Both the position numbers and the translations under genes were made by a program. Positions 45,101-59,154 of a DNA stretch of 64,000 nt are shown here, piece after piece; within the stretch, counting starts at the first letter, position 1; each line of letters starts with the position of its first letter. The DNA is from the human T2T-CHM13v2.0 reference genome, Homo sapiens. The stretch is taken from NCBI RefSeq assembly GCF_009914755.1, contig NC_060937.1; one strand, written 5' to 3'. The notes below the pieces were generated by a model that was given only the letters and a program-made list of their open reading frames with translations, did not search any database and was not told the DNA's origin.

Positions 45101-45418
45101 AGTCTGTATGTATTTGTTAAACAGTCATGTTGGTTAAGATGCTTGATTGAGGGATTCTGCCTCTTAAGAGATCTAACAGTGAGGATTGCATGATCTTTCA
45201 AAAAAATCCTTAAAAAAGACAATGGTTTTTATTCGTCATTTATTTTGTTTTTAAAAAAGCCCCAAAGAAAGAGTATCCTCTGCCCCAAGTTAACTGCCTA
45301 TGAATAATAGTTCACATTGCTTAGGATTTTGAACTTTCCAGAATGTTTTTACCTATAATATTCACCCCACAAATATATGTTGTATGACTTTTGTATCATT
45401 TTTAAAAGACATTTATAT

Positions 45419-45535
45419 TTTTTTGAGATAGGGTCTTGCTCTGCTACCCAGGCGGGAGTTTGGTGGTGTGACCACGGCTCACTGCAGCCTCCATTTCCTG
45501 GGCTGAGTGGTCCTCCTGCCTTGGCCTCCCAAAGG
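45419..45535 (-). mobile_element. Partial Alu
   Basis: ttttgagatagggtcttgctctg...ggcctcccaaa. Confidence 0.7.
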
Positions 45536-46322
45536 CTAAGGCACCCTGCCGATATATACTTGTTCTATAGATGATGAAACCAAGAAACATACTAAGTAAA
45601 TGGCTTAAAATCACAATCTAATTATAGGCAGGAATAACTAAAATCAGGCTTCCCAACTCCTAGCCCTTTCCAATACATTAAAGTGACCTCGATTCATCTG
45701 TGTATACATTATGGACCTGTAGTCACACTCCTAAGTTTAACTTTCCAATATTGCTTTATCTTAACTCTGTAACTTTCTATCAGGGATCTTTCCAGTGGCA
45801 TGGGAAATGTGTATGTCCTCTGAGAGGCACACATACATGCACTTGGGCAGGTGCACAGATGGATCTATGTTCGGAGCCTGCCCATTCAGTCTGAATAAAA
45901 AGGAATCATGGTAGTTTGATTTCTGGGTGCAGAGCAATGCTACAGACATTCTAGTATGGTTGTTGGAGTCTAAAGACAGTGTTCCCATGCAGATAGGTGA
46001 CATGAAAAATATGTAGCGTTCATTTCCTAGAATGTCATAGCCACGGAGTCTTAGAATAACTCTTGGCATCCAAGTTAAAAGCTGGATCACTTCCTCCAAA
46101 TAGTCTTCACTCACTTCCGGGAGTGGGTTGTATTCACCTTTAGCTCTGTTCACGAGACACTCGTGGGATATTCCTAGCCTTCTGCCCCCTTAGTTACGGG
46201 CATTGCCGTCTCACTGCTGTATAACCAGAGGCGTGGGAGCTGCAGCTGTCAGAATCCTAATCCCTTCTGCCTGGACTCGTTACCAGTGGTAGCGAGTGTG
46301 TATAGTAGTAAACTGTGCTGCG

Positions 46323-46420
46323 ATGCTAGCCTTTCAGTCACTACCAGAGGTCCCAGCAGCAAAAACAAAAATTGTGGATGATACATTTTAACCTTCTAGA
46401 AACTCAGCTAACTCCTTTAG
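46323..46420 (+). pseudogene. METTL21EP: Candidate METTL21EP first exon with in-frame TAA at 46389-46391
   Basis: MLAFQSLPEVPAAKTKIVDDTF*PSRNSANSF followed by donor AG|gtatgt; phase 2 matches the 47296 exon. Confidence 0.5.
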
Positions 46421-47295
46421 GTATGTCCAGGCTTTCCATTTAAATATCAGCCTTAAGGCAGACATGTCTTTCTTTAATGGAAGAGATCTAAATTGGGAGC
46501 AAAACATGTGACCACTTTTGCTATCGTTTTAGCTGTGTAGCCTCAATGACATAATTTAACCTTGGTTTTCCTGATTTGCAAACTGTAGGGAAAATAATGT
46601 CTTCTAACTTGCTGAAGTATGCTGTAAAAGAAAATGTGGTGGCTGTAAAATGTGCTTTGGGATTCTCGGAAGAAAGGAGTGCTATATTAATTCATGGTAC
46701 TGCAATTGTTATTTTACCCCAGATTGAGAAGTAAAATATCAAATCGTTATTTTCTAAAGTTTGAATAACTGTTAAATTTATTCAGATAATCTGCTCTATT
46801 CAAGAGGCATAAATAGTTTCTTCAGTTTTAAATATATCGGCTGTGATGGTATGGACTCCTTAAGGTAGACGCTGCTCAAAAGATTATCTGGCAATGAGGC
46901 TGTTTGACATTGCATAGGTGCTAATGATGCATTGATGGTAACAAGTGAACTTTCAATGTTTTAATCGCCTCTTAAATTTTAGGATTGCAGTCTTACTAGT
47001 CAATATGAAGATGATGCCTTTCTTTGTTACAACTGAGGTAGTCTCTGGTGAAGAATATGTTTTCTTTCTGTAGTAGCTTTTTAAAATTTCTGACTCAGAA
47101 GCTTTTGTTCTGATTTTAATTTGTTCTAGATAGTGTTTAGATGGTCTTTCTTAAGTCACGCTTCGTTAATATATGATATTTTAATATAATTTTGTCTGCT
47201 GTATTTGAAGTTAAGCTTTATTAAGAAACTATAAAAGCACTCCATACATATTTTGAATTATTACCATTTGATATTTTAATGTATTATCTATCTAG

Positions 47296-47375
47296 TTTTC
47301 AAGAAATAATGAAGAAAACATCAATATATCACCTACCATCATTTCATTACTTGATGGATTCAGAAGCTCAAGAAG
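47296..47375 (+). pseudogene. METTL21EP: Candidate METTL21EP second exon with in-frame ATGs at 47309 and 47354
   Basis: tctag| acceptor; FQEIMKKTSIYHLPSFHYLMDSEAQE; consensus donor AAG|gtaagt; phase 1 matches the 57543 exon. Confidence 0.62.
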
Positions 47376-50300
47376 GTAAGTCATTTTATGTTTATGTAGC
47401 TTACCAATTCTAAGAAGACAAATAACTAATAGAATATAAAGTGTCACCTTTGTAGTATTCATTAATGTCTTAAATGGAGCTGACACTTTTATCAATGGCA
47501 TATTATGTCTTGGTTTATATTTGTGAGCCTGCAAACATCTTGAATCATGTTTAAGTCTATTACTATACCATGATCTTGATGATATGTTAAAGATACTTTT
47601 GACAGATTAAATTAAATATATAGACTTACTAAGCATGTACAGGGTTTTTGATCTTCAAATAAGGAATACATTTTTTTCTCAAGTGCTGTACACTAAATGT
47701 ATGATGTGATTTCTAAGCAAATTTTATTTCAGATAAGAAGCTTGCAAGAAAGATAAAAATAGTTTTATGTGAAAACTATAAGTTTTTACTGGTGGTTGGA
47801 TGAAAGGTGAATTTAGGCTATACAGACATCTGTAGCCTGAGTTTATGGTTCCTCTAACTATTTATTAGAGGCAAATACATAATGTAATTTGACCTCTGGA
47901 TGTAAAGAGATTAAGTTTGAATTCTACTATCAGTGTGGTTATTTGAAATTGAACCATCATTTTTATATAGTCTTAAGTATCAAGCGTGACTTTGCATGGG
48001 TTATGTAATATAACTGTCCCCATTGTCTTGAGATCAAAAGTACAGACATACACTCTTGACAGACTAGAAAAATTACCATATTTTTGTAGAGCAGTTGTAA
48101 TACAAATCTAAATATCTTGATTTCTTTTGTTCTCTCCTTATCTGCACACACTGTAGATGTTTTCTGAACACTATAGTTCTGGTTTTTCTGTTTTTGGCCA
48201 TTCCAGGTGGCTTCTACCTAGGAGAACACATCTTTAGGCCAAGAAAGCTGGGTGTATGCCCAGTGTTGGCAGCCTACCTGGCTTAAACACAAATAGTTTT
48301 ACCAAGCGATTCTTGCAAACCTAACCATTTAAGTCGATCACTTAGAGAACCCAGCCATTTAGATGATTTGAATGAAGACGCAATTTCTGTATGGTTTATG
48401 AATAAAATTATATCATTATCATTACCATTAGTAACAATTCTTGGTTTCAACTGTGTAGAAGATAATTTGGCAAATTACAAAGGAAGTGGAAGAAGTTCAA
48501 GGTAAGGTTGAGACGGAACTAGCATTACAATGTTTTACAACACAAACAAACACACTCTGTAATCATCTATATAGCCAAATGAAGCTTTAAAAATGTGTTA
48601 ACACACACAGAGCTAAGGGAATTAAGGATGTGCCCTTGGAGCAGATCAGGTGGCATTTAGTTGGAAAGCCATCACCAAGTAGAGGAACACTCAGTTCTCA
48701 AGTACTGAAGGATACTGACTTTTCCTGCCCTCTTTTATACTTAGAATCCTGTGCTTGGAAAGGATGGAGCAAACCCATAGCTCAGTGCTCATATTTCAAC
48801 ACTGGCATGAAGATCCAAGAACTATAGGATGTCACTTATTTATACACAGATTAAAATTAGGGCTATGGTGGGTGCTAAAAAATTCTTCTGTATGTGTTTC
48901 TAAGGCTATATTATAATCTAAGGTGTCTAAAACCTTACCCACATTAACTATTCTAAATATCCTATGTTGCCTGCCTCATGCCAGCAGCCTCTCTCCAGCT
49001 GTTAGTACACGTAGCAATCTGTTATAGAATAGTAGGGTCACCGGAGGACCTGCAGCCTTGGGGCAGATTCATCCTTGCCCAAGGCTCAGTGATTCTGGCT
49101 CTCAATGACCCTCGAGTCTGTCACGTCAGCTGCTTACTTGACATCCTACTTACTACCTCTTGTCAGTTTAGGGCCTTCAAGACATAGATGCCAAAATGGG
49201 GCTAAGCATGTAAGGGATTTACTGGGGGAAATGTTTGTGGAGGATAAGGAAGAAAACAGAAGTAGGCTAGGGGAGCCTTCAGAGCCCAACATGGGTCCAG
49301 TGCCCGTGAGAGGAGACAGAAGACAGATTGGATGGGAAGAGTCTCCAATTGCAACACAATTCTGAGACAGTCTCAGGTGGGCTGATGAAAATCCCTGAGC
49401 AGGAGTTGCCCACTAGAGGAGTGTCCTATATGGAACAGGAACTGGCTGGCTTGAGTAGGCAGCCTCAGGAGGAACATGGTCTCCCAGGAGCCACAGGTGC
49501 AGCAATGGGCAGTGTTGGGCAACTCTGCTCCTTGTGGCAGGTTCTCTTAATCTGAGTGGCACACCAGGGTAATATGTATTTAAAATAATTTTCCTTTACA
49601 GGTTTGCCCTTCCACCTATATTTTCGATCTCACTCAATGGCAACATCACTCCCCAGGCTACCCAGAAACCTGGAATCATCCTGATTTTCTCCCTTTCCTT
49701 CACACCCTTCATCATTACATCTCATTGATTTTACATTCCTGATATGTTTCCCTACGCCTTGTTCCATTTCCACCATCACTTACCTTGATTCTTCATTATC
49801 TCTGCTCCTGACTGCTGTTAACCACCTTCTAATTGGCTGTCTCGCTCTGGGCCAACTCCCTTTCTTTACCCTCTCTAGTTCTTTTCCCACACTGTAACCT
49901 GCACTGCATGATCTTTTAAAAATCCAAATCTTGTCACATTTGTCTTCTGCTTGAAATTCTTCAGTGCCTCATTATTTCTTACAGGATAAAATCAAGGCTT
50001 CTTAGTATGGTGTAATGTGTTTTACCTTGTGCTACTATCCTCATTTATCCTATATTCTGGTTCTCAGGGTTTCCAAAATTGGTCAGGAGACTTTTTGCCA
50101 GTGGGCTTTTGCACATGTCATTTCCTGTATATGGCAGGTCTTCCCTTCTCCTATTTGACAAACTCATAATTAGGAAGGCTCAGATAATTCTTTCCTGAGC
50201 TCTCTGAGAGGTGGAACTTTCCATTTTTGCATTGCCTACTGAAGTCTCTGTTATAGCACTTTTACTGAACCTCTCTTATATAGCACTTGGTCTGCCTTCT

Positions 50301-51183
50301 AATTCATAGTGCCCAGGTACTTAATAAGTGAGTGAATGAATGAATGAATGAATTAGCTATAACATAACCGTATTGGCTGACTTAAATTTGCTCATGAGTG
50401 ATGATCTTGTATTTCTGATCATAAGTCAGTTGACTCCCTTCAGGACCTAATATAATGTTCTCCTCAAGGCATCACATTAAAAATTTTCAGGAGCATCTTC
50501 ATAAATCTTTGCAGAATTGGATTAATGGGTAATATGGTTTTTATAAACAGTATTGCATTAATATATATGGAAATTTATGTAATTCTACCACTGTTTTAAG
50601 AAACCTATCAAACTACAGTCTGAGGCAATATATTTAATATACTAGTTGGAGTACTATAGCACATATAATTACTAAAGTGAGAATAATTTATTAACACATT
50701 TTAAACATTTTACAAGTAACATGAATAATTATCTTCCAGATAAGACTAATAAATTTTCTACATGTTGAATAAAAATAACTCTTGAATATACCAGTCTACT
50801 TCAGATGTCTTCAAAACTCAGATTTGAACGTCAAGTTTGAATGTCAATTGTCCACCCCTAGGGGAGGCATACCACCACTTTGAAAGCACACACGTTCATA
50901 CTTGGCTCCTTGACCCAAGGCCTTCATTTAGACTCTTGTCATTTTTCATCTAGACTGTTCCAATAATCTTCTAATTAGCTTGTAAGGTCACCAGTTCTTC
51001 AGCTCCTGCTGTCAGATGTAGTTCTTAAATATCAAATCTGATCATGTCAATTCCTGTTCTAATAATCTTTATTAGCTCCTCCTCACCTTATAGAACAAAG
51101 GTCAATGTTGCACATAAATTTAATCCCAACCTACTTCTTCAGGCTTATTTTCTATAGTTCCCCTCCATGCACCTTGTGTAATA

Positions 51184-52882
51184 TTCATTATAATCCCTAA
51201 AGACACAATCCAAAATGCCATGATCCTGAATGTTGAAATCCCCAAAGAACAAATGCCCTTACAGCTAATTGAATTCCCAAACCATAATGATAGATTTGGA
51301 ATTAGGTGCCATCAAAACTTCTAAAGGTGGATTTCAAGGTGTTAGCAACAGTTTCTTTTTCCATTCAGCCCAATACATTTGCCGGAAAATTCAGATGAAT
51401 GGATTGCCTGTAGAATATAGTAACATGGAAAACTTCAGTTTATAACGCATTATTTGTCTGCATTGGCATTCCTTCTAGCTGATGAAATTCTAGGAGGTCT
51501 TAATGAGTTAAAGCTGAATTTGCCTGATGAAGCCAGCAAAGTTACTGACTCTAAAATAACTATGTGCATGGTAGGATAAGAAAGCACACAATGATGTTGC
51601 TGTTCGATCACCAGTATTGTTTCAGCCAAATCTGTGGTCTGTATATGAGTGCATGAGCAAAGGATTTCCATGTACCCAAAACAACACAGAAGCATGACAC
51701 AGAGATAGGAAATTTAATAGAAAATGCTCATGTCAGTGTGTATTGAATAAAACTAGAATTTCAAAAAGAGCAGCATCATGTAGAAAATCAATGTGAATGT
51801 ATTCTTCAAGAAGAGCCATGTCCTAAAAGAAAAGAAACAGTTACTCATCTCCACGCAAGACTTCAGAATACAGTTAATGATTGTGGAAGTCGGCCAGCTC
51901 TTATGGGCTACCTCCGTGCAGTTGCCCATAATTTATCCCTGTAATGCGCTTTTTCATATGTTGAATTTTCTTTTTAGTTTCTTTGGGAAGGTTTTGTTTT
52001 TCTTTTTCCTTTTTTAAAGTTTTTTTCCTCACCATTTTAAATCATCAGCATTATTTTTTACAACTCACTATGGTATGCTACGTGTTTCATCTTTACATTT
52101 CCAAAACTAGAGGCATAAATTGTATGAGCTTTTAGAGAGTTCTAATTTGTTTTATGCACTTTTTGTTTTTTGCAAAATTGACTCCATGGAAGTGCATTTT
52201 AATAACACTGACCTTGTGTGTAAGCATTGTGCATATATATGTAAAAACCTTAAAACTTCCTCAATAAATAAAGGGATATCCTTTTTCTGCATCTGCATTT
52301 GTGAAAGATAACATTTTTCAATATCTCAGCTCTTTAGGCAACTGTATATGACTGTATATGTGGTGGTGACCCATTGTTGGTATTTAATTTTAATTTTTTT
52401 AGCAAGGGGCGTCTCACTATGTTGCCCAGGCTGGGCTCTAACGATCCTTCCACCTCAGCTTCCTGAGTAGCGGGGACTACAGGCGTGAGCCACTGCATTC
52501 AGCTCCACTGTAGGTTTGGATCTGTTTCATCAGAAGACTTAGGTTGTTCATCAGGATATTTCAAGTGACCAAACTATATAAGTGATTTCTTTATGAATAC
52601 AATTTCTCTGCTCATAACTGTTATGCCTGTGTAACTGTGGGTAGCACACCTGAGTGCTTATCATTGCAAAATTATGTATATACAATTTTATTGTATAAAG
52701 TAGCCCACAAAGTGTTCTGTTGTGTTTTTATGTTTCTAAACTCTTTTAAAAATGTAAATATGTTTTAAAGAACTTTTAGAATTATTTTTATCAGAATTAT
52801 GTATTTGGGGTTTTGATCTTTCAGGATTCAACACTGGGGATTATGGCATCAGAAACTATCTTTTGGGATTCTGGCCCAAACC
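51184..52882 (+). mobile_element. Mutator-like (MULE/MuDR; Ricksha-type) DNA transposon fossil with TIRs
   Basis: Inverted termini (ataatccctaaagacacaatcc...tgttgaaatcccc and ggggttttgatctttcaggattcaaca...ttttgggatt) enclose decayed transposase codons. Confidence 0.8.
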
Positions 52883-54592
52883 TCTAGCCTTGTACCCTCG
52901 CTCCATAGATCTTCTAACAGCTCCTGGGCTTAAATATCTCCTCTTTTATGATGCTTCTCCTGATTCAACCAACCAGTGGTGCTTCCCATAGCATTTTAGA
53001 AAGACCTGTTTTATAGCATTTATCAAGGTATTGACATTTGTTCAGTTGTCTGCCCCTTCCGTGATCTCAGTAGCAAACTTGTAGTACAACTAATTTAGGT
53101 TCTTTATTTTTCCACTTGCATCCTGAGCAACCTCAATAAAAGGTGCATTTTCTTTCTTTTGTAAACACAAAGTGTAGCATTGTTTGGTCTACTTGATTAG
53201 AGTTACAACCTCTGTACATTCTTGAAACTAAGAAGACCAGCAGACAGAGAATATCTGTAGAATCTTCTCAGGAATTGGTTTCAACATAAGGGTCCAAGAC
53301 CTTGGCATTGCTGAGGTTTTCAGAATTCTATCTTTTAAGTTAAGCCTGTGACTATTTACTAATCTGAAAATATCTTTAACTTCTTTTTTTTAATCTGTAG
53401 GCATTTCTAAGAAGCACATGACATTCAGCTTTGAATAGAAGATTCATTTGAATGACAGTTTCTTTCATTTAGTAGAGGGGATTTTACTTTAAATTTTGCT
53501 GACAGGTTTTCGTGACAGCCCTCAAATGGAAGCTTGAATTCACTTGTCACAGCTGTTAAAGAGTTGTTGTTGTTGTTGTTTTTTGTTTTTGTTTTTTTTT
53601 TGTTTTTTTGGGTGGGGGATGCACTTCTGTTATCTGATCCTTCCACTTATTATTGCTATTATTGACCTTAAAAGTATAGAAGAGAAGAATATAGACAAAG
53701 CCTCTATTTTTGAAGGCTTGTTGTAATCCAGCATTGAAGTCAATTCACTGTTGAATTTTCCTCTTAAAATCGTCATCATAATGTGGCAGAATCTTGCTAC
53801 TTTTCACTTTATACTTGAAATCCCTTTAATTCTGAGGAGAACAAGAGCACCTGGTAGATTTTATTTACTATCAGCAAAGAATGAATAGCAGGAAAATGGT
53901 GTTAAGACTTTTTTTGTATCAAAAGCATTAAAATAGATAAGCCCAAGATAGCAACGTAATTGTAATACTCTGTCTTGACAATGTTTTATTTACAATCTAT
54001 TTTAATATTTGTGTTTTAATATTAAATTCACCAATAAAATAATGTTCTAAAACTATAGTAGATAGCTTTTATCTGAAGGTACAGTTATCAGAAGTTTGCT
54101 GCTTTTCATATAGGGAAGCCGATGTACAGAATCTTGTGTAATATTATCTGGTTTTTGTTATTTGTCCTGGGGGCTAAGTGCTAGATAATGAGGAAAGAAT
54201 ATATGTGGAAAAATTATTCTTCAGAAATGTATATTAAAATTCCATTGTATGGCAATGCTATTAATTTTTGTAGGAATTGCTCTTCAAATCTTAAAAACCA
54301 GACTATCTACTAATTCACCAATCTTCTCAATATTCGACTCATATTCAACAACTAAATAAGCATGCAGTTTAAGGGGCATGTTCTTTGTAAATTATTTGGA
54401 GCATAGATTTTTTCCTTTTTGTTACAACAAGGCTGCTGTAGGCATGCCTTTATAATAGGGCAGCTCTTTCCATTAGATTCTTGTTTAGAGATTCTTATTA
54501 TCAACCTTGAAATGGGTGGTGTTATTGTTGGAGCTTAATATTAAACATGTCTTGATTTACATAAATAATTACCATTAAAACTATCACCTCAA

Positions 54593-54935
<343 letters not shown>

Positions 54936-56294
54936 ACTATTACCTCAAAATCTTTAAATAGAAGTTCACACTGGAAAACAGCAACCAATGTTTTAAGATG
55001 GAAATAATTGTCTGTTTATGTGTATATGTTTGCTTTTAAAATTTTACACTTTTAGACAAATTATTATTTTTTTCCGTGTCATAAAGAAATTTCATTTTAA
55101 TCCTCATTCCTCTAAAAGAATTTTTATGGTTTTATCAGCATGATACTTACAAAGAGCATATCCCCCTTTAGACAAATTATTTTAGGCAGCCAAGTTTAGT
55201 TTATTTGGGTTTCATGCTATAAATTATGCTAATTTATGAAGGTTATTTCTTGTTGGATGCTTGTAGTATTCATATAATATTTAAATGCAAAAGAGAATAT
55301 TAATATAAAGCATTATCAATTAAATTTTATTCAACCTGATAATGTTTTCTGTGATACATGATCATCGTAGGTGTATAACTAATTTTGCATTACCATTTAT
55401 GAGTGATATAGTTGTGTTCTTTTTAAAGTGTGTATGCAATTAGTAGTGGTTATATTCATTTCGTGAAATCTCTTTGAAGGTCCTTTGTTTTAGGAGTGTA
55501 AGTAATTTTCATTATAATATATTCATAAATTTTTAAATCTCATTTCCATATGAAGGTAAAGATGGGGTCATTCTTAGAATGAAATAACTCTATTCAGAAG
55601 GACGCAGTCAAAAGCTAGGAATTCATTTGTTATCCCTCTGTAGTTGTTAGGACAGGAGCACTAATCTGGCCAACTAACCTTTAAAAGAACATGCAAAGTC
55701 AAAGATGTCAGGTTGTACCAGTAAATATTCACCGGCAAACTTTTTATATCAAAGACTGGAACTTTCGAAGATGCTCCTGGGACTTAGTGTACTCTAACAT
55801 CTATTAATCCCTGGTACCTTAGGTGACTTGTCATAGAAGTGCTACATTTACAAGTAGTATGCAAGGAGGCCCAAGAGGACAACTTCAGTTAAAGGTCAAG
55901 GAAGCAATTAACGTTCTCTACTTTTCCCTAAAGAACTTCCACAGCAAATGTTGCCCTCCCCCTGCATCCCCAATCTTACCAAGGCAAGTGCATATAGTGA
56001 AATGGAAGTTAAAGTTCAAATAAAACATGTTTCCAATATTATTTGGTTCTTAGAGCTCTTCCTGAATGTGAATGCACACTGTTGTTTAAGGTGAAGTACA
56101 GTGAAAAATATTAGAAGAGATGGCTCTCGCTGAAAAATACCAAATTTCTGTTTCTTTGTTTCCCCTGCATCTCTGTCAAGGGTCAACGTTTGCAGTAGTG
56201 GTAGAGGTGGGTGGTAGGCTGGGCCCTTCCTGTGGATGCGGTTAAATTGGAGTTCTTTTGAGGAGTACATGATTCTGTTTGTATTCTAAGCAGG

Positions 56295-56326
56295 ACACAC
56301 ACACACACACAGACACACACACACAT
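56295..56326. repeat. Interrupted (CA)n microsatellite
   Basis: acacacacacacacacagacacacacacacat. Confidence 0.85.
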
Positions 56327-57542
56327 GCATGCACCCCAACCTTCTATTTTCTAGTCCTTCAAATTTTGAAAACTCTTGTGTTCACTCAGGTCTTTTCTTC
56401 TTTTTGTTGAACATGTTGAACTCCCCAAAACTGTCCTTATAAGGCCGAGTTTCAAGATTTCTCACCTCCCAGTTGCTACAGTTTCTCAGTGTCCCTCTAA
56501 AGTGGGCCTTCCCTAACTGGATGTACAAGTATAATCTGACTGGTGTAAAAGAAAGCCTCTACCTCCATGATTTTGGAAATTATATTTTTAATGTGGGCTA
56601 GGTGCACCGATTTTTTGATGATCATATTAAACTTTTGACTCATATTGAGCTTGTGGCCAAGTAAATGTATCTGTCTGTCCCCATCCCCTACACAGTGCTG
56701 CTAAACTCAGGCTGAATACAGACTTTAGACTTATCTTTATTAAATTTCACATTGTTAAGACCAATCCATTTTTACAACTGAAGACATTTTCCTTCACATT
56801 TAGTTTTCTGTTATACTTGTTGTCCCCATCCCATTTATATATTCTGAAAATTTTATAATACTTGTAATGTCATCAGTTAGTCGAACCATTGACAAAACTG
56901 TTCATCAAGGCAAAGCTGAGAACACACCATTTATTAGAAATGTCTATCCAGGTGGGCACCAAAGCCAAGAGCCTTGGGAGTACTGTGGAAAAGCACTTTC
57001 TTCCAATCCAACAATTCTTTATAGGTATGCCCTGAGATACCACATGTTTGTGTCTATGGATTTCCAATTTTTCCAAGGGCAGGGACCATGTCTATTTGGC
57101 TAGCTACTATACTCCATCACCCAGCACTGTGCCTGGGACACAGAACAGCTAGAATTGCGCTAGGACACCAATATGAAGAGGTGGGTTCTTATATTCCATC
57201 ACCAATCTCTCTCTTATTCTATATGAACTGATTGGTGGCTCTTAAAATATATTGCTTTAAAAAAGTACATCAATTATTATTTGTTGTGTGTAGCATTGCA
57301 GAAGGGGATAATGGTGATTTGAACTCCCATGAAAATAAGAAAGATGTTGCCACCCTGATGAATGGAAATATTAGCTTACATTGAGAGTCATTTTCAAATA
57401 GTTTACCTTATTATTTCTCACCTAAAGTCACTGAATATTCAAAAGCTCCTTAGACTAAGCAGAAATGCTGTATTTCCATCAAGTTCTTTTCTCTTTTCAT
57501 GGATTTACTTATACAACCATTACCTTTTTCTTTTCCTTTCAG

Positions 57543-57709
57543 ACACCAGAGAAGCCTATGATGACAAGCAGGTGGTCACAGAGATCATGGCAAGATGTTT
57601 TATTCCAACTCTGATAACAACTACTTCCTGGGAAAGTTTTCATTTTATTGGTCATGAGATTCGAATTACTGAGGCCATGGATTGTTATGGTGCTGTTGTT
57701 TGGCCATCG
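57543..57709 (+). pseudogene. METTL21EP: METTL21EP exon (N-terminal part of the methyltransferase fold)
   Basis: Strong polypyrimidine acceptor; (D)TREAYDDKQVVTEIMARCFIPT...YGAVVWPS; donor |gtataa. Confidence 0.88.
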
Positions 57710-57894
57710 GTATAATTTCATACAGAATTTGTTACATTCCAATTATTTTTCCAGCCGGTTTTATTCATTATTATGTTCTATTTGGAAGAAGAAAACAGGT
57801 TCCATATTCCTTCTTTGTGACCTCAAATAGTACTATGTTTTAGAAATCATGTGACTAGGAAATTATTTCTCCCAATTAATTCTGTAATTCTATT

Positions 57895-58198
57895 TCTTTT
57901 CTTTTCTTTTTTTTTGAGACAGAGTCTTGCTCTGTCACCCGGGCTGGAGTGCTGTGGCTTGATCTCAGCTCACTGCAACCTCTGCCTCCTGGGTTTAAAT
58001 GATTCCCCTGCTGCAGCCTCCTGAGTAGCTGGGACTACAGGCATGCACCACCACACCAAGCTAATTTTTGTAATTTTGGTGGGAATGGGGTTTCAACCAC
58101 GTTGGCCAGGCTGGTTTTGAACTCCTTGCCTCAAGTAATCCATCCACCTCCACCTCCCAAGGTGCTGGGATTACAGGCATAAGCTACCACGCTGGGCC
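57895..58198 (-). mobile_element. Alu
   Basis: Antisense Alu consensus. Confidence 0.9.
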
Positions 58199-58789
58199 TC
58201 AATTAATTCTATTTCTGACTTTATTGAAATTTGTAGGATTAATACAGGGTGTTGTTTACTTCTTCAGTTTTTAAAATAAGAGTTTAGAGCAGTAAACATT
58301 TTTATTTCCCCTTTTATCAGCTCCATTTGAGTTAAACAATTACATTGAAATCTATATGAGTCTCACATGTAGAATGTCCTCAAAGACCCTCAATCCTTTA
58401 CCAACTGTCCCATGAAGAGTAATGGACCCACCACCCCACCTGCCCCAATCCCACACACCACTTGGAAATGACTAGTATTATCAGAAGTTGCTTCCTTTAA
58501 AAATGATCAAACCTAAGCAATTGAACTCCACATTTTTAGTTATTTCTCTTTTCCTCTCAATAATCCCCAAGGAATTTTTCTAGCAGAAATGTTGAACCTC
58601 TCAGAGGATGCACTTTTGTTCATATTTTTTGGAGTGATGTACAAGTACACACATGAGTACTCTCATGTACTCATATGAGCACGCATACATAGCATAACAT
58701 TAGCAGCATATTTGTCCAATAAAGTTTAATTTTACTTTCTGTTATTACTTGCCAAGCGTCCCTTTTTTTTTTTTTTCTAACTTTCATAG

Positions 58790-58907
58790 GCCCTTGTTCT
58801 ATGCTATTTCCTGGAAACAAATGCAAAGCAGTATAATATGGTTGACAAAAACGTGATTGAAATTGGAGCTGGAACAGGGCTAGTCTCCATTGTGGCAAGT
58901 TTACTTG
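58790..58907 (+). pseudogene. METTL21EP: METTL21EP exon with SAM-binding motif I
   Basis: ALVLCYFLETNAKQYNMVDKNVIEIGAGTGLVSIVASLL(G); ctaac branch point, catag| acceptor and |gtaagc donor. Confidence 0.9.
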
Positions 58908-59074
58908 GTAAGCAGATATTTTTGATTGAATAGAGGGAGTGTCAGAGAATTTAATGATCAAATATCATTAGTTGTTTTACTATCCAGTGTACTATGACCT
59001 GTGCCTATCTGTGACTCCTTAACTGTTTGAATGGGCTTCATCTAGAAACTACAGATTTTAAAGTCTCCTTACCA

Positions 59075-59154
59075 GTCTCTTTTATAGTTTTCTGCATTAA
59101 GTTGTGTTAATTCCGGTCTCTTTCATAGTTTTCTGCATTAAGTTGTGTTAATTC
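59075..59154. repeat. 41-bp-period direct duplication (2 copies)
   Basis: gtctcttt(t/c)atagttttctgcattaagttgtgttaattc at 59075 and 59116. Confidence 0.92.

Noticed and set aside
57362-57542. 5' extension of ORF 57362..57715, and similarly 61394..61487, as METTL21EP coding sequence
   Set aside because: Both run through clear polypyrimidine tracts and AG acceptors, so they are intronic read-through.
58657-58682. Overlapping short palindromes (catgagtactctcatg, gtactcatatgagcac)
   Set aside because: Stems are too short for a pre-miRNA or other structured RNA call.
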